DNA from: an uncultured delta proteobacterium
GTDB taxonomy: Bacteria > Desulfobacterota > Desulfobacteria > Desulfobacterales > JAFDCJ01
DNA length: 64,000 nucleotides
Reading direction: 5' to 3'
NCBI GenBank assembly: GCA_963769935.1
Contig: CAVYNY010000010.1
Location: 32,001-96,000, forward strand
Part shown: positions 57,048-64,000 of the stretch, in pieces
Layout: each line of letters opens with the position of its first letter
Numbering within the stretch: position 1 is the first letter of the stretch
Notes under the pieces: generated by a model
What the model was told of the DNA's origin: nothing
Databases searched by the model: none
Seen by the model: only the letters and a program-made list of their open reading frames with translations
Program-made: the position numbers and the translations under genes

Positions 57048-59408
57048 TTGACCCCCAGAGTCGCAGAACTGCGCCGCGAAAGCTTTGAAGCCCAACCTCG
57101 CATATCGGTGGAACGGGCGCTGCTCGTCACCCGATTTTACCGGGAAAATTTCGGCAAATATTCCATCCCGGTTTTAAGGGCTTTAAATTTTAAGAACCTA
57201 TGTCGGAACAAGACCATCTATATCGGCCCCAACGAGCTGATTGTGGGCGAACGCGGGCCGCATCCCAAAGCGGTATCCACCTTCCCGGAGCTGACCTGCC
57301 ACTCGGCCGAAGACCTTAAAATATTGAATTCGAGGGAAATGACCCGCTACCTGATCAGCGATACAGACATCGCGACTTACGAAAAGGAGATCATCGCTTA
57401 CTGGCAGGGCCGCAGCATGCGGGATCGGGTTTTCGACCAGGTTCCGGCGCAGTGGCAGACGGCTTATGCCGCGGGCCTGTTTACCGAGTTTATGGAACAG
57501 CGCGCACCCGGCCATACCGCTCTGGATGACATTATTTACCATAAGGGCATGCTGGATTTCAAAGAGCAGATTGCCCGGTGTCTGAACGGGCTTGACTTTA
57601 TGAACGATCCTGCGGCGGCGGACAAGGCCGAAGAACTGAAGGCCATGGACATTGCATGTGATGCAGCGATTAGTTTCGCCGAACGTCATGCCGATCTGGC
57701 TCAAAAAATGGCGTCCACCGAAGCAGATCCCCAGCGCAAGGCCGAACTTGAGCGGATCGCGGCAACCTGCCGCCGAGTGCCGGCCCGTGCACCGCGGAAT
57801 TTTTGGGAGGCGCTTCAGATGTACTGGTTTGTCCATCTGGGAACCATCACCGAATTAAACGGTTGGGACGCCATGAGTCCGGGGCATCTGGACCAGCATC
57901 TTTACCCCTTCTATCAAAAAGATCTGGCAGACGGTGCCCTGGATAGAGAATCCGCCAAAGAACTCCTCGCGTGCTTCTGGATCAAGGTCAACAATCAACC
58001 GGCCCCGCCCAAGGTCGGCGTAACCGCCCAGGAAAGCGGAACCTACAATGATTTTACCAATATCAACATCGGCGGGTTGACACGGGACGGCGCCGACGCC
58101 GTCAATGAGGTCTCGTATATCATGCTGGAAGTCATCGACGAACTGCATCTGCTCCAGCCCCAGGCCAATGTTCAGATCAGCCATAAAACCCCCGACCGCT
58201 TTCTGAAAAAAGCCTGCCGCGTGATCCGCAAGGGATACGGCTATCCATCGGTGTTTAACACCGATGAAGTCATCATGGAGCAGATGCGCACCGGCAAAAC
58301 CATCGAAGACGCCCGCCAGGGCGGGTGCAGCGGCTGCATTGAAACCGGCAGCTTCGGCAAGGAAGCCTACATCTTAACCGGCTATCTCAATGTGCCCAAA
58401 ATTCTTGAACTGGCACTCAATGACGGCATCGACCCGCTGACCGGCAAGCAAATCGGACCGCCGACCGGCAATTCCCTCAAGTTCAAAAGCTTTGATGAAT
58501 TATACACGGCATTTGAGCGACAGCTGCAATACATTGCCGATCTGAAGATCCGGGTGAACAATCATATCGAGCGCATGTATGCTGCCTATGCTCCCGCCCC
58601 TTTTCTTTCGGTGGTGATAAGAGACTGTATTGCCAAGGGACGGGATTATTATGACGCCGGGCCGCGCTATAATACCAGCTACATCCAGTGCTGCGGCATC
58701 GGTACGATCAGCGACAGCCTGTCCGCCATCAAAAAGCATGTATTTGATGAAATTGGAATCAGCATGGAGCAATTGCTGGCGGCCCTCCGCAATAATTTTA
58801 AGGACCAGGAGGCCCTGCGTTTGCGTCTTGTCAACAAAACGCCCTTCTACGGCAACGATGACGACTATGCCGATTCGATCATGCAACGGGTTTATGCTTC
58901 CCTGTTTAAAGCCATTGACGGCAAACCGAATACCAAGGGTTCCGCGTATCACCTGAACATGCTTTCCACGACCTGCCATATTTATTTCGGAAAAAAACTG
59001 GGCGCCTCGGCCAACGGCCGTCTGGCTGCCATGCCCATATCCGACGGTACCTCCCCTTCCCATGGGGCTGACCGAAAAGGACCGACGGCGGTCATAAAGT
59101 CCCTGGGCAAAATGGATCAAATCAAATCCGGCGGTACGCTGCTCAATCAGAGATTCTTACCCGGTGTGCTCGCGGGTGATGAAGGAATCGATAATCTCAC
59201 CCACCTCATCCGGTCGTATTTCAAACTCAACGGCCACCACATCCAGTTTAATATCGTTGACTCCCGGACGCTGCGCCACGCCCAGGCGGCACCTGATGAA
59301 TACCGTGATCTACTGGTTCGCGTCGCCGGTTACAGTGATTATTTCGTAGATCTGGACCAGGACCATCAGGAAGAAATCATCGCCAGAACCGAACACGAAT
59401 CGTTTTGA
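57048..59408 (+). CDS. hypD: Glycyl radical enzyme, trans-4-hydroxy-L-proline dehydratase-like
   Basis: FTEFMEQRAPGH, WDA.SPG, ES.TY.DF, SGCIETG (Cys loop), YILTGY, MLSTTCH and RVAGYS match the HypD active-site pattern as recalled; GGAGG RBS before a TTG start. Confidence 0.8.
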   Translation: MTPRVAELRRESFEAQPRISVERALLVTRFYRENFGKYSIPVLRALNFKNLCRNKTIYIGPNELIVGERGPHPKAVSTFPELTCHSAEDLKILNSREMTRYLISDTDIATYEKEIIAYWQGRSMRDRVFDQVPAQWQTAYAAGLFTEFMEQRAPGHTALDDIIYHKGMLDFKEQIARCLNGLDFMNDPAAADKAEELKAMDIACDAAISFAERHADLAQKMASTEADPQRKAELERIAATCRRVPARAPRNFWEALQMYWFVHLGTITELNGWDAMSPGHLDQHLYPFYQKDLADGALDRESAKELLACFWIKVNNQPAPPKVGVTAQESGTYNDFTNINIGGLTRDGADAVNEVSYIMLEVIDELHLLQPQANVQISHKTPDRFLKKACRVIRKGYGYPSVFNTDEVIMEQMRTGKTIEDARQGGCSGCIETGSFGKEAYILTGYLNVPKILELALNDGIDPLTGKQIGPPTGNSLKFKSFDELYTAFERQLQYIADLKIRVNNHIERMYAAYAPAPFLSVVIRDCIAKGRDYYDAGPRYNTSYIQCCGIGTISDSLSAIKKHVFDEIGISMEQLLAALRNNFKDQEALRLRLVNKTPFYGNDDDYADSIMQRVYASLFKAIDGKPNTKGSAYHLNMLSTTCHIYFGKKLGASANGRLAAMPISDGTSPSHGADRKGPTAVIKSLGKMDQIKSGGTLLNQRFLPGVLAGDEGIDNLTHLIRSYFKLNGHHIQFNIVDSRTLRHAQAAPDEYRDLLVRVAGYSDYFVDLDQDHQEEIIARTEHESF

Positions 59409-59447
59409 TGCTAAAGTTTCCCACCTAAATGGCGATAACAATTTTAT

Positions 59448-59514
59448 CCGTCCGGCGGATTCGCCGGACGGCTATCCCAATGCTCTGGGGGTGGTTCATG
59501 GTGAGCCACCCCCA
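59448..59514. terminator. Two GC-rich hairpins after hypD
   Basis: CCGTCCGGCG-gatt-CGCCGGACGG and TGGGGGTGGTTCA-tgg-TGAGCCACCCCCA; no clear U-tract. Confidence 0.5.
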
Positions 59515-59689
59515 TCAATGGCGCCTTATGAAGCAGTAAAGAATCCCGGCCTGCAAAACCCGGCCTTGGTGCTGGGACAAAAACCCTTTCCCTCCGACTG
59601 AAAAAATCTATTGCTTTCCAAAAATCAGAATATCCTCAAATGTATCGAGACTTAAAATCATCGATATGGATAATTTAAATCGATCGCAT

Positions 59690-59736
59690 AATTGTGTAAA
59701 AACTTTCACAATTTTTGTGGTATCAAAGTCACAAAA
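59690..59736. promoter_or_regulatory. Tandem palindromic operator sites TGTG-N10-CACA
   Basis: AATTGTG-taaaaacttt-CACAATT and TTTTGTG-gtatcaaagt-CACAAAA, 23 bp apart. Confidence 0.6.
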
Positions 59737-59820
59737 CCGAAAACCAAACCGATCGGAATTTGAACCGCTCCAATAGGCTACCTATTGAAATTATTTGTTT
59801 TTGTTATTGTTTGTCGAAAT

Positions 59821-59836
59821 AGGCACAATTTGTGCT
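59821..59836 (+). promoter_or_regulatory. Sigma54-type promoter of the PilZ gene
   Basis: AGGCACAATTTGTGCT (GG-N10-GC). Confidence 0.6.
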
Positions 59837-59935
59837 AAAGAGCATGAAAACCGGCGGCCGCCGAGGATTGACGCTAAGTTCGATGAAAGAAAAGCTAAGC
59901 CCGGCTTTCTATGAAAACCCTGAGGAAGGTGTTAA

Positions 59936-60232
59936 ATGGAGTTAAGCCCCGACCAGCGCGCAGATGCGCGTTTCCGCCATGAGGCCGCAATCATGTTTGA
60001 ACATTATCTTTCCGGCAAGTATTTTGAAGGTAAAATGTTTAATTACAGCCGGGGAGGAATGTATTTCGAATCGAATTTTGCACCCGCGATCGGCGCCGAA
60101 ATTTTTATAGGTGTCGAAAATTCCCCCTATACCTCCGGCCATGATGTTTATCGTGCCAAGGTCATCTGGCAGAAAAGATTGATGGACGCCCAGTCATTGT
60201 TTCTGCATGGCATCGGCGTCAAATATTTTTAA
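59936..60232 (+). CDS. Single-domain PilZ protein
   Basis: QRADAR (RxxxR), NYSRGG (N/DxSxxG), IGVKY C-terminus. Confidence 0.85.
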   Translation: MELSPDQRADARFRHEAAIMFEHYLSGKYFEGKMFNYSRGGMYFESNFAPAIGAEIFIGVENSPYTSGHDVYRAKVIWQKRLMDAQSLFLHGIGVKYF

Positions 60233-60323
60233 AGGCAAATATCGAATTTCTCGGCGTTCTCCGGCCGGAGCCCGGATCCTCTATAAGCCGGCAACGGCAA
60301 ACTCTGCGTCTAACCATCAGCTG

Positions 60324-61322
60324 TCAGCTTTTAATAGACTGGGCCAGATCATTGATCCGTTCTCTGACGGAAATAAGGTACCGGGCCATCTTGCCGCGAT
60401 GATCTGCCATAATAGAGTCATGATCGCCCCTGAGAACGATCAGCGGATCAAAGGTGCAGATTTGATTCATCTCCCTAAACGCAATGCGGATATTTTCTTC
60501 TCCTCCCTTTTCTTTAATCTCGGGGAAAAGATGAACAAAGGCGCGCAGCACATCTCTTAAGACCAGGATGACGCCCTGAGTGTAATAAATTCGATCGTCC
60601 AGATCGGTATAGGCCACCTCATCATTGGACTGCACCAGCAATCCCAGCGGCTGGTCCAGAAACTGCGTGCTGATGATATAGGCCAGCATGTTGTACATAT
60701 CGTCCGTACGCATGTTAAAAATTGCCTTGCCCTTCAGCAGATCGGATTCGTATTTTTTCAGCCGGGCGATGCCCTTTTTATATTGATTTTCACTTGATGG
60801 AAACCACCAGCTGTCGGCCGTAAAGGCGAAATACTCTTCCCGCGCTTCTTTTAACTGCTGGTTTTCAGCATCCACTTTACCGTATTTGGCTAGGTTGGTT
60901 GAAAAAAAATTCACCATCATACGGGTGGCAAAGATAACCCCCAGTTGTCGGTTGGCGCGGTTGTCAAGCCAGCGGGTCGGCGAAATGATCAGGTCATTGA
61001 CGGACCAGCCGAAGGTTGAGTTCATCTCGTTTTCAAGCTGGTTTCTCAAGGCCGCTGACAGGGCGGCGCCTTTTTGCCGCTGATCGGAATCCGGTGTGGT
61101 TTTTTGCATTAAGGCGATTATGTTTTGATCCAGTTCGGGGAAACGCGTCGGATCGATAATGGTGTAGACTTTATATACCGTCCAGTAAAGTCCGGCCGAA
61201 AGGGGCCAGATCAAAATAAAAGCCAGCATGATTAAGACCGCCCATTTGCCGAACTTCGTCATTTTAGGAATCAGGGATTTTTTTTCAGGTTTATTTTCCA
61301 TTATATTTGTTGTCCTCATCAC
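60324..61322 (-). CDS. DUF2333-family protein
   Basis: N-terminal TM, GW..ND...P..WLDN...Q.G, W.FPSSE..Y, DD..Y...G, P.IVL.G......A.HR. Confidence 0.75.
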   Translation of the reverse strand: MMRTTNIMENKPEKKSLIPKMTKFGKWAVLIMLAFILIWPLSAGLYWTVYKVYTIIDPTRFPELDQNIIALMQKTTPDSDQRQKGAALSAALRNQLENEMNSTFGWSVNDLIISPTRWLDNRANRQLGVIFATRMMVNFFSTNLAKYGKVDAENQQLKEAREEYFAFTADSWWFPSSENQYKKGIARLKKYESDLLKGKAIFNMRTDDMYNMLAYIISTQFLDQPLGLLVQSNDEVAYTDLDDRIYYTQGVILVLRDVLRAFVHLFPEIKEKGGEENIRIAFREMNQICTFDPLIVLRGDHDSIMADHRGKMARYLISVRERINDLAQSIKS

Positions 61323-61361
61323 GGTTTGGCTTTGCTGAGCAGCAGGCCGGAAATCGCAGCC

Positions 61362-61390
61362 ATACTAAACAGTGCCATGTCTGGTGTCAA
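61362..61390 (-). promoter_or_regulatory. Sigma70-type promoter for the DUF2333 gene
   Basis: TTGACA-N17-TAGTAT on the minus strand. Confidence 0.6.
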
Positions 61391-61533
61391 AAATCAACAC
61401 CCCTTCCAATTCTCTTGACACTTGCGGCAACCGTGTTACTAATATATTTTTTTAAAAAATGCTGAAAGAAGAACCATGCCGGCAACCAACGGCACCCATT
61501 GTTATGCCACCTGTTAATTAGAGGAGATATGTC

Positions 61534-62010
61534 ATGTCTAAACATAAAACATGTGCCTCCGCTGCAGCGGCACCGTTAATTGCAGGTCTATCTATCTTGT
61601 TGACAACCGTGTTTTTCGTCGGGTGTGGTTCCGTCACATACGGCCGCCTTGAAAACGACCCGGAGATCACACAAGTGTTTAAAAACAGCCAAATTTTATC
61701 AAACTATCAGTATTATATCAGCGGTTTTCAAAGAGTCCCCTATGCCATTATCGCGATCGACGGCAATTATCACCTTCGTTCCGGTAACTGGCAAGCCCTT
61801 GATATGGATTCATCCACCCTGAATCAAATCGTTTTCCGAATGGATCAGGTCTACAGCCTCACCCCCAGAGGGGCATGGATAGTGGATGATAAAGGCCATC
61901 GACTGGGGGTCTGGTATTCATCCCAGTATCAGACGACGGTGCAACGGGAAAAAGACAACCAGATTGTGGTGGTGAGCCCCGAACCGCCTGATTTAAGAGG
62001 AGTTCCCTGA
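61534..62010 (+). CDS. Hypothetical lipoprotein
   Basis: Lipobox FVG-C; GAGGAG RBS. Confidence 0.75.
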   Translation: MSKHKTCASAAAAPLIAGLSILLTTVFFVGCGSVTYGRLENDPEITQVFKNSQILSNYQYYISGFQRVPYAIIAIDGNYHLRSGNWQALDMDSSTLNQIVFRMDQVYSLTPRGAWIVDDKGHRLGVWYSSQYQTTVQREKDNQIVVVSPEPPDLRGVP

Positions 62011-62119
62011 TTAATCCGCCCTGAAAAACAGCATATTCAAGGTACTGAATGATGCTTTGAATATTGAAGCAAGACGTTCGACTGAAGGTCCGGCGGATTA
62101 ATTACTTTATGCTGCGCAT
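62010..62119. repeat. MITE-like element, copy 2
   Basis: ATTAATCCGCC ... GGCGGATTAAT 11-bp terminal inverted repeat starting at the TGA stop; colinear with 39681-39797. Confidence 0.75.
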
Positions 62120-62179
62120 TATTATCTTTTTTTACTTCAAATCAGCCGAATGAAAATAAAGAGATATGAAAGGAGGAAT

Positions 62180-62578
62180 ATGTTTAAACAAAAAACGGTC
62201 TTACCCGCGCTGTTGATCACCTGGCTGATGACAGGCTGTGTTGCCTTGATTGTGGGAGCCGGTGTCGGCGCAGGCACGTATACCTACGTCAGTGGAGAGC
62301 TTAAAAGGTCGTACCAGGCCAAATTTGACAAAACACTGCAGGTATGCATCGATATTTTAAACGGTTTAAATCAGCCGATCCTGGAAAAAGTCACCGACGG
62401 TGAGAAAACGACGATAAAATCCGAGCGAAAGGACGGCACACCGCAGACAATCGAAGTCTCAATTCTCAGCCAGGACTGGACCCAGGTGTCGGTTAGAACC
62501 GGTGTGTTAGGATACTGGGACAAGGCCATCTCGCAGCAGTTTCATGAATTTATTGCCGAAAGGCTTAAGAAAGAATAA
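62180..62578 (+). CDS. DUF3568-family lipoprotein
   Basis: MTG-C lipobox, VGAGVGAGTYTYVSGEL, VRTG..G; AGGAGG RBS. Confidence 0.8.
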   Translation: MFKQKTVLPALLITWLMTGCVALIVGAGVGAGTYTYVSGELKRSYQAKFDKTLQVCIDILNGLNQPILEKVTDGEKTTIKSERKDGTPQTIEVSILSQDWTQVSVRTGVLGYWDKAISQQFHEFIAERLKKE

Positions 62579-62581
62579 GGT

Positions 62582-63760
62582 TCAATTTTTTAACCGCCGG
62601 GCAAAAGGCAGTTCATAGTTGAGCTTATCGATCTGCACCTGTTCCAGTTGATTTATTTCGTCAATGTGGGTCTGCATGATGCCTGCCAAACGGGCATCAT
62701 AGAAACGATGGAGGCTGTAACTGGGCACGGCCGCAAAGCCCCGCCGTATTTTGTGCACTCCGCCGGCACCCGGGTCGAAACGACGAACCCCATTGGCGAT
62801 AGCCCATTCAATCGGTGCGTAATAACAGGCATTAAAATGAAGTGAATTAACCGGCCGGGAACAGCCCCAGTATCGGCCGTACAACTGGTCCCCCTTTTTC
62901 ACCAGCAAGGCCATTGCCAGAGGTGTTGCCGGATCATTTTTGTCAAAAGCGGCTACCAGAATCAACCGGCCGCGATAATGATGGTACAATCCGTCAAAAA
63001 AGGCAGGTGTAAGATACCTGCATCCCCAGGGACCGAATTTATCATTGGTAGTCTCATAGAAGCCATACATGAGGGGAAAAAACTGGCGGGGAATCTCCTC
63101 GCCTTTGAATATTTTCAGAGATATGCTCTGATTCTCCAGCGCCTGGCGCTCCCGTTTGATGTTGTGCCGCTGGTTGGAATTAAAAACCGCCAGATAATCA
63201 TCAAAGGTTTGATATCCTTGATTCTGCCAGGCGTAACTCTGGTGACGCCAGCCGAAATAGCCATGCTTGAGCATCCCAAGCCGCCATTGATGGTCGGCAA
63301 AAAGAAAGCTGCTGCCCGACATTCCAAAACGGCGGCACAATTGATCGATCTCAGCCACCATGAGTGCCGTCATTCGCGCCTCATCTTCCCCGGCGGCAAT
63401 TAAAAAGCGATATCCGCTCATGGGCGTAAACGGGCTCATTCCGATCAATTTGGGATAATATTGAATTCCCAAACGGGCGGCGACATCGGCCCAGACGTGG
63501 TCAAAAACAAACTCTCCGGCACTGTGCGCTTTGATGTACAGGGGAGCCGCTGCCGCCAATCCCCTGGAAGACCATACTGCCAGATGATGAGGCAGCCAGC
63601 CAGTTTTAGCTGTGGTACTGCCTGATATTTCCATCAGTCGCAGCCAATCCCATTCGAGAAAAGGTGTGGCCAAAGGTCCGGCCAACGCATTCCAGGCCGT
63701 CCGGTCGATATCGGAAATGTTGCTCACCCAGGATAGGGAATATGTTTGTTTTTTAGACAT
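62582..63760 (-). CDS. GNAT/FemAB-like protein (DUF482-type)
   Basis: PLYIK.HS.GEFVFDH.WA, YYPKL...PFTP, LYGRYWG, LHF.ACYY, GAGG.HK. Confidence 0.88.
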   Translation of the reverse strand: MSKKQTYSLSWVSNISDIDRTAWNALAGPLATPFLEWDWLRLMEISGSTTAKTGWLPHHLAVWSSRGLAAAAPLYIKAHSAGEFVFDHVWADVAARLGIQYYPKLIGMSPFTPMSGYRFLIAAGEDEARMTALMVAEIDQLCRRFGMSGSSFLFADHQWRLGMLKHGYFGWRHQSYAWQNQGYQTFDDYLAVFNSNQRHNIKRERQALENQSISLKIFKGEEIPRQFFPLMYGFYETTNDKFGPWGCRYLTPAFFDGLYHHYRGRLILVAAFDKNDPATPLAMALLVKKGDQLYGRYWGCSRPVNSLHFNACYYAPIEWAIANGVRRFDPGAGGVHKIRRGFAAVPSYSLHRFYDARLAGIMQTHIDEINQLEQVQIDKLNYELPFARRLKN

Positions 63761-63940
63761 AATTGGAACACATTTAACCTCTGAACTTTGAACGGTTGTC
63801 AAAACTTAAGTCTGATTTTAGACTCTGTCATCTTTTTTTGATACGTTTGCGTCAAGTCCACCAATTCCTTGACAATTAACGCCAGATAAATGATATTAGG
63901 AAATTAAACTTTTTAATTCATAATAAGAGGGGAAATCACA

Positions 63941-64000
63941 ATGCCGCTATATGAATTCAGATGCCTGCAATGCAATGAGTGCTTCGAAATTTTGGTGATG
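63941..64000 (+). CDS. FmdB-family zinc ribbon protein, 3' truncated by the window edge
   Basis: MPLYEFRCLQCNECFEILVM; GAGGGG RBS; TTGACA at 63869. Confidence 0.8.
   Translation, partial: MPLYEFRCLQCNECFEILVM

Noticed and set aside
59690..59736. Rex or CRP operator
   Set aside because: Spacing is TGTG-N10-CACA; CRP needs N8 between these half-sites, and the Rex TTGTGAA/TTCACAA core is not matched on both arms.
59845..59930. c-di-GMP-I riboswitch upstream of the PilZ gene
   Set aside because: Only a GACGCTAAG resemblance; the GGCAAA element, GNRA-capped P2 and receptor stem are not recognisable.
1..64000. Prophage, integrase, transposase, defence system, rRNA or tRNA
   Set aside because: No ORF with such motifs and no tRNA/rRNA signature recognised by eye; a tRNAscan/Infernal run would be needed to exclude RNA genes fully.

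Overview
Core-genome window of a moderately GC-rich bacterium. The gene families suggest an anaerobic deltaproteobacterium (Desulfobacterales-like); this is an inference. Gene order: sucA (5'-truncated, with a +1 frameshift), sucB, lpdA; an M19 dipeptidase; an AAA+SPOR (DamX-like) gene; an E. coli-type cytochrome bd module (cydA, cydB and a cydX missed by the ORF track, divergent from cydD-cydC); cysE-cysK with an Rrf2 remnant; DUF2156, flavoprotein, xth, citrate synthase; glutaredoxin plus an FTR-like gene; two tandem cooS genes with matching sigma54 promoters and enhancer motifs, near a Cys-PAS sigma54 activator; mobB and several small genes and gene remnants; a complete nuoA-[BCD]-E-N complex I operon; MPG; a HypD-like glycyl radical enzyme with its activase; PilZ, DUF2333, lipoproteins, a GNAT and a partial FmdB gene. 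No rRNA, tRNA, CRISPR array, integrase or transposase was seen. The main unexplained signal is non-coding: many intra-operon spacers, including every nuo junction longer than about 90 bp, hold short 7-9-nt-period repeat cassettes. These often occur as inverted arms, abut or supply stop codons, and nest with REP-like, MITE-like and structured hairpin modules. The second highlight is the CODH pair, which shares 306 perfectly identical bp and a duplicated regulatory architecture.
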